Positions 52,881 to 62,635 of a stretch of 64,000 nt of DNA are shown here, one piece after another. The stretch's first letter is position 1, and the number at the start of each line of letters is the position of its first letter. A program made the translations under genes and the position numbers. The notes under the pieces were generated by a model. The model had not been told where the DNA came from. It saw only the letters and a program-made list of their open reading frames with translations, and ran no database searches. Source of the DNA: a phage; sequence record NC_100371.1. The stretch is one strand, 5' to 3'.

Positions 52881-53209
52881 TGAAAATTGATCCGTTACTG
52901 AAGGCTCGTGCAGAAAAAGCATACACTATCAAGCTGACCTCTCTGGTCCCTACTTGTCATCCGGATGTAGGTTGGCCTGAAGGCTTGGTAGAGGGGACTG
53001 TAACAGCTGCATACCTTCCTAACATCAAATACCTCATGGAGATCTTGGAGATGGATGAGGAAACGGCAGAACAGTTCCAGTTAGACATGAAGCAAAGTGG
53101 GACTCTGGTTATTCACGGGTGGTATAATACTAAAGATGCAGAAGATCCCCTGGTAACTTCTAATCTGGCATATGAGATCTTAGGGCCTTTGAACTTGGGG
53201 GAAGACTAA
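52880..53209 (+). CDS. small acidic protein, probable family member
   Basis: MKIDPLLKA..., tandem position, similar size and composition. Confidence 0.4.
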   Translation: MKIDPLLKARAEKAYTIKLTSLVPTCHPDVGWPEGLVEGTVTAAYLPNIKYLMEILEMDEETAEQFQLDMKQSGTLVIHGWYNTKDAEDPLVTSNLAYEILGPLNLGED

Positions 53210-53496
53210 TGAAAGATTTGGTTAAGATCAAGATTAAAGACACCAATGGAGAACTCAGCCATTTTGGAATTAACGATGGTGACGAGCTGATCGCCCACCT
53301 GCCTACCAAGGAAGTTGTAAGCAAAGCGGTTGCCGGAGAAGAAGATGCAATGCAGGCTGCAGGTGTGGATGAAAACTATGTAGCAATGTGTATGTGCCGA
53401 GATCAGGTTGTTCTGTATAAAGCGTATCGACCAAATGGAGCACCTGAGTGGCTTGTTTTCCGACCAGAAGGGTATGAAATTTTAGAGACGCTATGA
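53209..53496 (+). CDS. small acidic protein, probable family member
   Basis: MKDLVKIKIKD..., C-terminal YEILETL. Confidence 0.4.
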   Translation: MKDLVKIKIKDTNGELSHFGINDGDELIAHLPTKEVVSKAVAGEEDAMQAAGVDENYVAMCMCRDQVVLYKAYRPNGAPEWLVFRPEGYEILETL

Positions 53497-53585
53497 TAAA
53501 TCCTGCCAAGGTTGCAACGGCACTGTTAATTATTTGCTGGATAGTGACCTTGGCACTATGTCTTGTATTTCATTAAGGGGGCTGT

Positions 53586-53849
53586 ATGAACATCTTGGTG
53601 TGGGTTGTAGCAGTAGCGTTTGTTGCGTGCCTCTCTTGTTGGGTTGCTGTGAGGATTTCTATAGCCACTCTTCGGAAATTAGGGTTCTCAGAGTGGGATA
53701 TTGATATCCTTTCTTTTCGCAATGAGACAATCTCAGCCGCCCTGCTGTGTAAGAAGTTTAAGTGGGAACCTTGTGAGGTCATGAACTATCTAAGAACAGG
53801 AGATATTCCTGAGAGATTTAAAAAAGTTCTTGACGGCAAAGACAAATGA
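53586..53849 (+). CDS. small membrane protein
   Basis: N-terminal TM segment ILVWVVAVAFVACLSCWVAV, 87 aa. Confidence 0.4.
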   Translation: MNILVWVVAVAFVACLSCWVAVRISIATLRKLGFSEWDIDILSFRNETISAALLCKKFKWEPCEVMNYLRTGDIPERFKKVLDGKDK

Positions 53850-54004
53850 TAGTATAGTGACTAACAAGAGGTGAGGAATGACTGATTTTACTGAAGCTTT
53901 AATGATGGCCTTATCTGTTTTAGCGCTATCGGTGTGTTTTGGGGCGTTATTCACATCTCTAGTTAAAGTTTTACATACCATATTCTCACCCAAGGAGCAC
54001 AGTA

Positions 54005-54256
54005 ATGACGAAGATTGACTTAAATGCTGGCGACCATGTTGTTGTCAAATGCATCGGGGATTATCTTGGATTCACAATCGGCAATACTTACGAGGCAGTG
54101 GTGGCGAAGGTTTATCATGATAAAGTCCTTAGCCTTGTATTTGACTGCGATGATGACGGAGATGACCGTTACGTCTGTGAGGTGCTGGCACGTGACGATA
54201 GTGAAGACCAGAAATTCCTGGTTATCGAACTGAACGGTATTTTTGTAGAACGTTAA
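54005..54256 (+). CDS. hypothetical protein
   Basis: 83-aa acidic ORF with AAGGAG RBS. Confidence 0.4.
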   Translation: MTKIDLNAGDHVVVKCIGDYLGFTIGNTYEAVVAKVYHDKVLSLVFDCDDDGDDRYVCEVLARDDSEDQKFLVIELNGIFVER

Positions 54257-54284
54257 TTTAAAACAATATAAGGAGACTCTTACT

Positions 54285-54590
54285 ATGGCTAAATCTAAAG
54301 TTGAACTGTTCACCTCTCTTCCTTCTGACATTGCAGAGCGTGATCGCCTCCGTAAAACAATTGAAGAGCTGGTGGAACTTCAGCTTCAGATTAAAGATCT
54401 GAAAGACGCTATCAAGGATATTATTCTTGTCGAGAAACAGGATCACCTGTACTCTCCTAAGTTTATCAAGTCTTTGGTGGCTACCGAATTCGATATCCGC
54501 TACGAAGCTGAAAAACGTCGGGCTAAAATCGAAGAAGAGGTTGAGCACATGTCTGAAGCAGACATTCTGTTCAAACGCTCTGCAGAATAA
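54285..54590 (+). CDS. hypothetical protein
   Basis: 101-aa charged helical ORF with AAGGAGA RBS, followed by terminator. Confidence 0.45.
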   Translation: MAKSKVELFTSLPSDIAERDRLRKTIEELVELQLQIKDLKDAIKDIILVEKQDHLYSPKFIKSLVATEFDIRYEAEKRRAKIEEEVEHMSEADILFKRSAE

Positions 54591-54594
54591 CGAC

Positions 54595-54622
54595 AAAGAG
54601 GGGCCTTGGCCCCTCTTTTTTA
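54595..54622 (+). terminator. Rho-independent terminator
   Basis: GAGGGGCC-tt-GGCCCCTC followed by TTTTTTACT. Confidence 0.65.
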
Positions 54623-54644
54623 CTATCTATGAAGGAGATCAGAG

Positions 54645-54971
54645 ATGCTAATGCCGGTTACTGTAAAAGAGCTAAATGAACGTGATGCAGGGGGCCTGTG
54701 GCCTGCACGGAAAATACGCTGCGTCTATATGAAAGAGAATCTTGAGCACCTTGATCAGCAGATTGCGGTTGGTGATATTTTCGAAGTTCTCTATTCTAAT
54801 CGTCGCAACTGGGAAACCATTCAACCTTCCGGTTTTGTTCTTGCCAGACTTGATACTGGAGAAGTGATTATCCCTGGGCTGGACATTGTCTTCGAAATTA
54901 TCCAGGAGTGGGATCCTGATAAGATTAAATATGAAGAGTTATTCGGTGAAGGTATTATCAAACCTGTGTGA
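54645..54971 (+). CDS. hypothetical protein
   Basis: 108-aa ORF, GAAGGAGA RBS. Confidence 0.4.
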   Translation: MLMPVTVKELNERDAGGLWPARKIRCVYMKENLEHLDQQIAVGDIFEVLYSNRRNWETIQPSGFVLARLDTGEVIIPGLDIVFEIIQEWDPDKIKYEELFGEGIIKPV

Positions 54972-55279
54972 GGTGGATTATGTCTACAACGACAGCTAAA
55001 TACTCCTATATGCCAGCAACCTCAGCAGAAATAGACTTCAGTTTCGATGTGTTTCCATTGTTTGAGGTGGTTCTGGCATACCCAACAATACTATCTACTC
55101 CTGAATCCCTTGTACCTGTTAAGTTGCAGAACGCTATGCACTCCATGCACTACAACAATAAATGTAGGCACAGATGGTGTCAAGACGAGGAAAAAGATCT
55201 GGAGAGTTTGAAAGATTTTGACAGTCACCTTTTGACACCTTTTAGTTACTCAAACCTAGACAAGCCTTCATGGGTATAG
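54968..55279 (+). CDS. hypothetical protein
   Basis: 103-aa ORF overlapping upstream stop. Confidence 0.35.
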   Translation: MRWIMSTTTAKYSYMPATSAEIDFSFDVFPLFEVVLAYPTILSTPESLVPVKLQNAMHSMHYNNKCRHRWCQDEEKDLESLKDFDSHLLTPFSYSNLDKPSWV

Positions 55280-55492
55280 CAAAGTATCAAATTTAAGGCA
55301 CATAGGACGCTCTGTGGCGTCCTTTTCTTTATCCGGTGAACGATTCCATACCTTAAGCAGTTAATCTCATTACAGAGCGTTTAAGGGCGGCTTACAAGCA
55401 ACTCTCTATTTCGAGCGTAGCGAGAACGCACGTCCGTTTTGACCAAAATCACCATACGCTCGGATTTTAACCAAACCCTCGCGGCGCTTCTG

Positions 55493-55521
55493 TTGACACA
55501 TTACCGCTCCTGTGATAGTAT
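55493..55521 (+). promoter_or_regulatory. sigma70-like promoter (TTGACA-N17-TAGTAT)
   Basis: TTGACA at 55493-55498, TAGTAT at 55516-55521. Confidence 0.45.
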
Positions 55522-55553
55522 CCGCACATCGTTTGAAGAATATGGGATACACA

Positions 55554-55634
55554 ATGAAAACATTGTCAGAGGTTTTAGTGGTGATCCTGATAATCATTGC
55601 GTCCATAGCGGCTGTTGCCGGAATATGCTTATAG
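55554..55634 (+). CDS. small hydrophobic peptide (26 aa, single TM-like helix)
   Basis: MKTLSEVLVVILIIIASIAAVAGICL about 30 nt downstream of the promoter; weak RBS. Confidence 0.3.
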   Translation: MKTLSEVLVVILIIIASIAAVAGICL

Positions 55635-55709
55635 CATCGACACGTTCCAGCCATATGTCGATAAAGTCTTATTTTTTAAACATGTTGCCGGAATACTCAC
55701 GGGTGGAAC

Positions 55710-55895
55710 ATGACCAACACACATGCATCTAAAGAGACATCTGAAGGGGTGACAGAGGAAAACTTCAATTCTGAGGATTCTCTATCTCCGTCCCAGGTGG
55801 ACCCTGAGGCTGATGACCTGACGTGGGAGGATATCATAGCCATCTGGTTCTCTATTATGCCTGAGCACGAAGAGTTCAGAGGTGGGAGACTATGA
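55710..55895 (+). CDS. hypothetical acidic small protein
   Basis: 61-aa ORF. Confidence 0.3.
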   Translation: MTNTHASKETSEGVTEENFNSEDSLSPSQVDPEADDLTWEDIIAIWFSIMPEHEEFRGGRL

Positions 55896-56015
55896 AGCAC
55901 CGAGCCCACATAAGTTTATCATGCTAAAGCATGGCCTGAAGGGGCAAACGTGTATAATTCTAGCGTATTGGAACGTATAAACCCTGTTCACACTCTCATT
56001 TCCAGAGGAGATTTC

Positions 56016-56231
56016 ATGAAAATAGAGATATTTGGTGGGGCTGACAACACTCGTGGCCTGATTTACCTTGAATTTGATGAATCTTATCTGCCAGAGGTGT
56101 TAAATATAGATGCTGTTGCGGAAGCCCTTGATGTAGACCCTAAAGATCTCTACTCTGGTGCTGAGATTGATGGTTGGGAAGAGACTCTGAACATTGATTT
56201 CAGTGAAGTAGTGGGTGAACCTTTGGACTGA
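56016..56231 (+). CDS. hypothetical protein
   Basis: ORF 55950-56231; likely start at ATG 56016 after GGAGA (MKIEIFGG...); upstream 66 nt resemble the 5' end of gene 13869-14138. Confidence 0.4.
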   Translation: MKIEIFGGADNTRGLIYLEFDESYLPEVLNIDAVAEALDVDPKDLYSGAEIDGWEETLNIDFSEVVGEPLD

Positions 56232-56594
56232 CACACAAGTCTGCTTTGCAGGTTTAGCTGCCCAGCTAAGGTTCTGGAGGCACCTATAACATCTTTCAAC
56301 TAAATTTCCTACCAACACAGTTACTTACCCACCACACATAACTGTTTGCTTGTTTAGTGAGCAGTCATCCCTTGACATTCTTGCCTATCTTGATAAAATT
56401 AAGTTCTTCTCTTTTCTTTTACCGAGTAATTCGGGTTTTCTGTTCTCTTCGGTTTGAAGGGGTATGGAGATACACCTGAGTGAACAGGGTGAACAACCGA
56501 ACATTTGGCTATGGCATTAGCATGGCGAAGCGGACGGGTGACGAAAGAGGGGCCGGAGGACACCAGTCACTGCCATATAGTATATGGGTGATAA

Positions 56595-57135
56595 CCTGAA
56601 GAGTCTGAATAAGTGTTTAAGTACCAGTCAGAGGAAAAGGTGAATGGTAGCCGAAGGGGGAGAGGGGGTTTCTTATATCTTTAATTTGTATATTATGTAT
56701 ACACTTGTAAACCAATTCAATTAGGATCTGTTTACCACACAAAGTGGATGGAGACAAATATCACCTATTAAACTTGAATTATTTATAGAAAATACCACAA
56801 CACCTCTTAAGTATTTGATTTTACACACAAATCTTACAAATATCCTACCTCCATATTTAACATACTTGTAACATATTCCATATCCTACCTGCCTGATCAA
56901 TTTACTCCCACCACATCCCCACATTTTCCCTGTCTGTACTACCCCTGCCCCGCCGGGAGTCCCGTCATATCTGGCTTTCCAGCAAATATCGCACCCACAA
57001 ATATCATCACCTGAAGAGGGTTTCATCCCATAATACCTGCCTTACCTGAAGAGCGCTTCATACACCACGTAAATTTTTTAATTGACCCCTCCCCGCCGCC
57101 GGAGAGGTTGGCTTTTCCCACACAGGCCTGAAGAG
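56595..57135. repeat. dispersed CCTGAAGAG motif (4 copies) within non-coding region
   Basis: Copies at 56595, 57010, 57045, 57127, two of them in tandem units ACCTGAAGAG-N3-TTCAT. Confidence 0.6.
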
Positions 57136-57760
57136 TCAGCCAGAAATATCTGAACAGGTCCAGTTATACCCCGATTTTGTGCCTGTCCTACAGGAGTGCT
57201 GCCCTGTCAGGAGCCGGTAGCGACTGGAGTGCTGCCAGGCGGACGGAATGGGAATACTTCTCATTTTTATAATAATTCTCAAATATCGAGGCAGTGAGGC
57301 AAATTAATAGGCCAGGCCGTTCACACAGTGGCACAACATTTGCAATCTATCTTGTGGGAGTGAATGAGAATACCTATCATTGTGAGAATGGTTATCATTA
57401 CGGGCAATTTAACATAATACCCATTATGCGCACCACTGGCGATACATACAGGGATTGATAACATGGGTTACTGTTTACGCATATAACAATTATATTTCTT
57501 ACTATTTGTGTGGGATATAGTTAGCAACCAATAGATTAGATATTGACCTGCAGACTTCTGACCGTCCAGACGTCTAAACGCCCACACAGCAAGGATTATA
57601 CATACACTCCTGCATGTAAACAGGACCGCAAAAATGCTACCATACCAGTTTGTAAATTTTTCATGCAGCACTTGACAAAGAGGAGAAAAACTTGTCTGAC
57701 ACACTGGACACAATGTCCCACAATATGACACAATAACGGCTGTTACTATTCCATATCTCA

Positions 57761-57815
57761 CTGTTTACGCATAGACTGTTTACGCCTGAATAGTTTACGC
57801 AAAAACTGTTTACAC
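57761..57815. repeat. tandem array of four CTGTTTACGC-like 10-mers with 15-bp periodicity
   Basis: Copies at 57761, 57776, 57791 (tagtttacgc), 57806 (ctgtttacac); further isolated copies at 57471 and 58217. Confidence 0.65.
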
Positions 57816-57827
57816 AGAGATGATAAG

Positions 57828-58059
57828 CCATGCCATTCGTTTGCATGAAAACAATTAACAAGCTAACAATCTATGACATAATATAAAAGCAGGGCAACTA
57901 TTAGAAGATCTATAGTTGCCTTGCTTGTTATGTCATGATTAACTAAATACAAGGCAACTATGATCTGAATAATAGATTGCAGACAAACTATCACGGGGGT
58001 GATTGTTACTGCTTTTATATTATGTCGCGACTCCGTCGCGCCATGCCATTCGTTTGCAT
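57828..58059. repeat. pair of 19-bp direct repeats (CCATGCCATTCGTTTGCAT) flanking a palindrome-rich about 190-bp segment
   Basis: Repeats at 57828-57846 and 58041-58059; inside, inverted copies of GGCAACTAT/ATAGTTGCC and GACATAATATAAAAGCAG/CTGCTTTTATATTATGTC. Confidence 0.6.
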
Positions 58060-58682
58060 AGTTGCCTTATTGTTACAGGTAAAACAATTACATTATTAAT
58101 TATTTCTTATCTTTCTCTTAGTCATCTAATGATTCCAGTCAGTATAGTAATGTACAGTAAACATTAGACGACTAAAGATTTCTCTGTGTATAATAACTTA
58201 TCGTGACAATTTCGAACTGTTTACGAAAAATGTTGACACCTGAGCTGATTTATGTTATGCAGTTTACACGAATAATTATTTTATGCAGGTATTGACTATT
58301 CCGTTATTCTGTGGTTGGAATAAATACTTTGCAGACTATAGAATGGCGTGCGTACGTGAATTCTGAGATCTGGCGGCTATAGTTATACTCGATTTTTCGC
58401 GTAGAACACGCTTTCGATGCTGTGTAAGTGTATGACTTATAAAGATTTTTAGTTGTTGACAAGATATTGGAGATGTGCATCAGGTTAAAATTTGTGCAAT
58501 AGCGGCATTACGTGCACTTTTGGGAGAGAAAACGGGTAAAAATGGCCCTGCTACCACACAATGAAAGATTATGCAATAGTTATTTTCCATGTATATTTGT
58601 ACAGTATGTGGGATTGATGGCTAGTCAATTATTCCACTTGCCAGGTAGGGCCGTTTATGGTAGGAGAAGAGCAGACAAAAAG

Positions 58683-58708
58683 AAAGGGGCCTTTAAGCCC
58701 CTTGATAA
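58683..58708 (-). terminator. Rho-independent terminator ending the right-hand minus-strand gene block
   Basis: minus-strand GGGGC-ttaaag-GCCCC followed by TTTCTTTTTGTCT. Confidence 0.6.
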
Positions 58709-58721
58709 TTCAGTTAAGAAA

Positions 58722-59141
58722 TTATAATGATTCGTATATTTCAAAAATCCGATTTGCCAGGTCGTTACGGTAGCGGAATTTTTCATCGCGCTTGATCATT
58801 AAATCCTTATAGCCGTACTCTTTAAGCACTTCATTAACTTTATAGCGGCATACCTGCATATTATCTTGAGCGTCACCAATAAACTTGTTGCTGTGGTGCA
58901 TTGCTTTAATTTCTTCTTCCAGGACCAGGGCAACTACCCGGACCGGATCAAGCTGATAGGCGGTAACATCTATGCGGCATTGTAGACGGCTTTTAACGTC
59001 TGCCACCGGATATACTGCAACCTCTTCCCCGTCAACATTGACAATAATTAGTTTACCATCGATTTCGAATCCTTTCGCCGCCGGACCGTGACAAAAAGCG
59101 TTATCAAAGCTATATGCCGGATTATCAGATTTAATGTTCAT
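58722..59141 (-). CDS. hypothetical protein
   Basis: 139-aa ORF with RBS, last gene before terminator. Confidence 0.45.
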   Translation of the reverse strand: MNIKSDNPAYSFDNAFCHGPAAKGFEIDGKLIIVNVDGEEVAVYPVADVKSRLQCRIDVTAYQLDPVRVVALVLEEEIKAMHHSNKFIGDAQDNMQVCRYKVNEVLKEYGYKDLMIKRDEKFRYRNDLANRIFEIYESL

Positions 59142-59285
59142 GGTGTTTTTACCTCTTAGTTAATTTTCTTACAACTTCCCTTCAAAAAAGAATATAGCAA
59201 AACTGCCGATCCCTGTCAACAAGGGATAGCATAATTTTTATGTGATCAAGGGGCTTTATCGCCCCTGACCATGCAACCTGTTGTA

Positions 59286-59633
59286 TTATTTGTTGCTCAT
59301 CCAGTTTTCCCAAGCTGCCTGATAATCTGCCTCACTACGGCGGATCTCTTCTTGTTCTTCAAGCCGGATCTCTTCTTCCAGGTACCCCAAGATATCGGCT
59401 TTTTTGGTCTGGCGTAACATCCAATCGTCTTTTTTGCGAGTAAAGATCTTGTACGCTTTCTCGCAAACTTCTTTTTTGCTACCTTTTTGGACTTCAAGAA
59501 TTCTGTAAGCCATGTACTGAACTAGTTTGAGCTGGTCAAGACGTTTCATGATGTTTTCCTCTTTATGTGGTCCTGGTTTAGTGGGCCTTTTGGCCCGTGT
59601 CATTATCTTATTACTTACGGCGGCAGAATTCAA
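59286..59633 (-). CDS. hypothetical protein
   Basis: 115-aa basic ORF. Confidence 0.4.
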   Translation of the reverse strand: MNSAAVSNKIMTRAKRPTKPGPHKEENIMKRLDQLKLVQYMAYRILEVQKGSKKEVCEKAYKIFTRKKDDWMLRQTKKADILGYLEEEIRLEEQEEIRRSEADYQAAWENWMSNK

Positions 59634-59883
59634 GCGTTTTTAATTGATAATCTTCCTCAGCCTGGAGTACAACCGCCTCGATCATTTCGTTGGCATTGTT
59701 GAAGCCATACCCTTTAGCGAACTCGTCCGCACCACCTTCGTGATCATGTTCTGCGTTCATCGCTTCCACGAAATGGAATTCAAGATTATTGAGATAAGGG
59801 CTTGATGTTCCGTCCTCTTTTTCGATGAGATCCCAAATAGTATTAAAACGTGATTCGACTTCTTGGTTAATCCAGCTTAACAT
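59611..59883 (-). CDS. hypothetical protein
   Basis: 90-aa acidic ORF. Confidence 0.4.
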   Translation of the reverse strand: MLSWINQEVESRFNTIWDLIEKEDGTSSPYLNNLEFHFVEAMNAEHDHEGGADEFAKGYGFNNANEMIEAVVLQAEEDYQLKTLEFCRRK

Positions 59884-60095
59884 GGCGTTTTCCTCTCTTC
59901 TGGTTGTTGTGTGGGCACTTTTGCCCCTTCAAGATAAATGTTACCCTACCACCTGGCAGGTGTCAACGGTTTTTATAGTTTTTTATATGACAGGCACCCC
60001 CGGTGATTGTCTCCCCCCGTCACCAGGTGCCTGCCGTGAAATAAGTATAACAAAAAACAGGACCATTACAAGCCCTGTTTTATGGTTTATAAAGA

Positions 60096-60287
60096 TTATA
60101 TTTTTTCGCCTATATAGTCCGGTCGGTTTTTCTCTGTCATACGCTTAAGCAATTCTTGCATGTTGCTTATGGCTTGTAGTGTATCCTCTTCAAGGGATGA
60201 ATCGAGATAATCAGGATCATTCTTCACCTTGCAATGATTATGGTAACGTAGTACTGCCAGTACTTTTTTAACTTCTTCTGCTGTCAT
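60096..60287 (-). CDS. hypothetical protein
   Basis: 63-aa ORF. Confidence 0.35.
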   Translation of the reverse strand: MTAEEVKKVLAVLRYHNHCKVKNDPDYLDSSLEEDTLQAISNMQELLKRMTEKNRPDYIGEKI

Positions 60288-60295
60288 TATTCCAC

Positions 60296-60430
60296 CTAAA
60301 ACAATGAGTTAATATATAACATTAGATCGCTGACTACCAGGACAACACTGATCAGCACATACCTAACCATAAGTGGAAAGATCGCCAACATTGCCACCAC
60401 GATCCCCATGGTAATAATTATCTTTCTCAT
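60296..60430 (-). CDS. small hydrophobic membrane peptide (44 aa)
   Basis: MRKIIITMGIVVAMLAIFPLMVRYVLISVVLVV...; start abuts stop of upstream gene. Confidence 0.3.
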   Translation of the reverse strand: MRKIIITMGIVVAMLAIFPLMVRYVLISVVLVVSDLMLYINSLF

Positions 60431-60432
60431 GG

Positions 60433-60717
60433 TTAACGGTTCACGTAAGTTTTCCCGTTTACGGTTATCGGCAGATCCTCCAGGTCTGGATCTTCTTTAA
60501 GGTCGCGAGCAAGTTCACCGCACCGGACGCCCTCGAATCCGTAGTACTCTGTAGTGCCGTCCTTAAAAGTTTTTGCGGCAAGGCATAGGCGATAAGTAAC
60601 CCCGATTTGATTGACGGCATGGATATCAGTTAGATCTACCTCTTTTGCCAACTCTTTAGCCATTACAGGCGCATTAAGTCCAACAACCAGGGCAACCACT
60701 GCGATCATCTTTTTCAT
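60433..60717 (-). CDS. secreted/periplasmic small protein
   Basis: N-terminal signal peptide MKKMIAVVALVVGLNAPVMA, 94 aa. Confidence 0.45.
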   Translation of the reverse strand: MKKMIAVVALVVGLNAPVMAKELAKEVDLTDIHAVNQIGVTYRLCLAAKTFKDGTTEYYGFEGVRCGELARDLKEDPDLEDLPITVNGKTYVNR

Positions 60718-60808
60718 TGTGTCTATCCTCTTTCTGCTACGTTTAAGGCGGCAGTAACCGCCTGTTTATGCTTTGTTGGTTAATTTTCGGGTATCTGTAT
60801 AAATTAAA

Positions 60809-61024
60809 CTATGCTGTACGCTCAACTATAACAACGGCTTGAGGGATCTCACCTTCAACCACTATCAAGGCTTTTTTCTGCGTGATAGATATCTTTACCC
60901 GCTTCAGCGTGGCGGTAAAATCTTTCATTTCGTCACGTGGTGTTTTAGTGCAATACCAGATCTCAGGCTTGCCGATCTGCAAGTTGCGTAAAAATTCTGT
61001 TTTGCCTGTTTTGTTGGTGATCAT
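60809..61024 (-). CDS. hypothetical protein
   Basis: 71-aa ORF. Confidence 0.35.
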   Translation of the reverse strand: MITNKTGKTEFLRNLQIGKPEIWYCTKTPRDEMKDFTATLKRVKISITQKKALIVVEGEIPQAVVIVERTA

Positions 61025-61032
61025 TTGCCCAC

Positions 61033-61137
61033 CTTATCCGATACCGTTGGAAGACAAGATCATATTAGCCATGGTTGCAATCAGGCCAATACCTAGGGCA
61101 ATAACCAGGATCATCGCATCAATTAATTTCTGTTTCA
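61033..61137 (-). CDS. small hydrophobic membrane peptide (34 aa)
   Basis: AGAGGAAAA RBS then MKQKLIDAMILVIALGIGLIATMANMILSSNGIG. Confidence 0.3.
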
Positions 61138-61485
61138 TCTTGTTTTCCTCTTCTTGCTCCAGGTGGCGGACCATTCCACCACCTTATGTATTATGCTTTG
61201 TTAGATAGTGTTGTTTGTTGTCAAACTATTTTAACGATAGTCATCATATGCTTTATTAACCTGGCGAATATAACATTCAAAAGCTAGATCAATAGACTTA
61301 TACTCACGGATATACTCGCCATAGGAAACCACATACATTTCTATAGCTTCCTCATATGCCAGGAGAATAGAATCTAACCCTACAATCTCGGTCTTTGCAA
61401 TAATAGCCATGATTTTTATCCTCTTTGTGGTTGGTGGGGCTTGCCCCTTTGATTTATATACTACAGTCTTATACGGTCATGTCAA

Positions 61486-61719
61486 CTATTTTTCAAAAAA
61501 TTTTTCTGCTGTGATATTCTTCCCGGTCGGATTAGCTACTTTTAAAATTCTATCATGCACCGGACGCCCAAAAGAATACGATCCGTATACAGTAAACCAA
61601 TAATCCCCGTTCGGTTGAACTGTTACCGCAGCGTACGGTGTCCCTCTTTCATTATCACCAATAAAGTGAGAAACATTGCCGTTAACGTTCGGTTTAGTGC
61701 TTTTAATTTGTTCAATCAT
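61486..61719 (-). CDS. hypothetical protein
   Basis: 77-aa ORF. Confidence 0.35.
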   Translation of the reverse strand: MIEQIKSTKPNVNGNVSHFIGDNERGTPYAAVTVQPNGDYWFTVYGSYSFGRPVHDRILKVANPTGKNITAEKFFEK

Positions 61720-61781
61720 GATGATTTACCCCTCTTTATTTTTTCATAATTTCAGGAGGGGCCTTTTCGGCCCCGCCAGGC

Positions 61782-62066
61782 TTATTTATTGATGGCGTGC
61801 AACGGGAAAGGTACGCCAGGTTGATAGATAACTTTTACAACCTCATCAGGGCAAAAGAAGTTGCAAAATTCACCGCAATAGGCTTCGTCTTCTTTTAGCT
61901 CTTCATCAACATACTCAAAAAAGTAGTCGATGCTTGGATAATCCTGGCCGGGATTATAGTCGACCATTGTCAGGACTAGCTCAAGATCGTTGCGTAGGAT
62001 ATGCATACCCGCTTTTAAGTATTTGGCTTCCATTTCTACTACATCGCCAACGGTAACAATAGCCAT
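61782..62066 (-). CDS. hypothetical protein
   Basis: 94-aa acidic ORF with RBS. Confidence 0.4.
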   Translation of the reverse strand: MAIVTVGDVVEMEAKYLKAGMHILRNDLELVLTMVDYNPGQDYPSIDYFFEYVDEELKEDEAYCGEFCNFFCPDEVVKVIYQPGVPFPLHAINK

Positions 62067-62267
62067 AGTTTTAACTCCTATCTATCCGGTTAATGATTGG
62101 GGGCCGCCCCCTGACACGTCCTATTATCCATATTGTAGGACTTGATGCAAGTACTTCTTTAAAAAAATTTTTAAGCGCCTTGGGGCCGCTGTAACGCCAA
62201 AATAATAAAGGCCATGCGGTTGCATAGCCTTTAGATGATTATATCGCTGTAGGCCCTGCTGGGGGCC

Positions 62268-62618
62268 TTATTTTGCATTATTTCCTATATTGCCGCCACG
62301 GTACCAGCGTTTACGGTGAAAATGGTAATAATCGCCATCGGCATTGAACATCAGATGGTTTTCAATAACCAGCTTACGAAGGTGGGCCGGATCTTGTTCC
62401 ATTCTTGCCAGACTCTGGCGGCTGTTACGTAAGCGGATAAATTCCATATTCAGGCCGTTGATTGCAGCATGGATGTCAAAGTAACCACCTTTGAGACGTT
62501 CACGCATGGCGTTAATCTCAACACAATATACAGATTTCTCACAAATCAAGGTATTAGCCAGGGCGCGGACCTGGGCAAGGGGGTTAAGCTCATTAAGGTA
62601 ATATAGTTTTACTTTCAT
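62268..62618 (-). CDS. hypothetical protein
   Basis: 116-aa ORF. Confidence 0.4.
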   Translation of the reverse strand: MKVKLYYLNELNPLAQVRALANTLICEKSVYCVEINAMRERLKGGYFDIHAAINGLNMEFIRLRNSRQSLARMEQDPAHLRKLVIENHLMFNADGDYYHFHRKRWYRGGNIGNNAK

Positions 62619-62635
62619 AAAATAACCTGCTGAAA

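Noticed and set aside
56100-58727. ORFs inside the 2.4-kb repeat region (56100-56318, 56721-57026, 57468-57761, 57543-57728, 57661-57861, 58512-58727)
   Set aside because: No ribosome-binding sites, frames run through repeat arrays, low-complexity translations; more likely non-coding.
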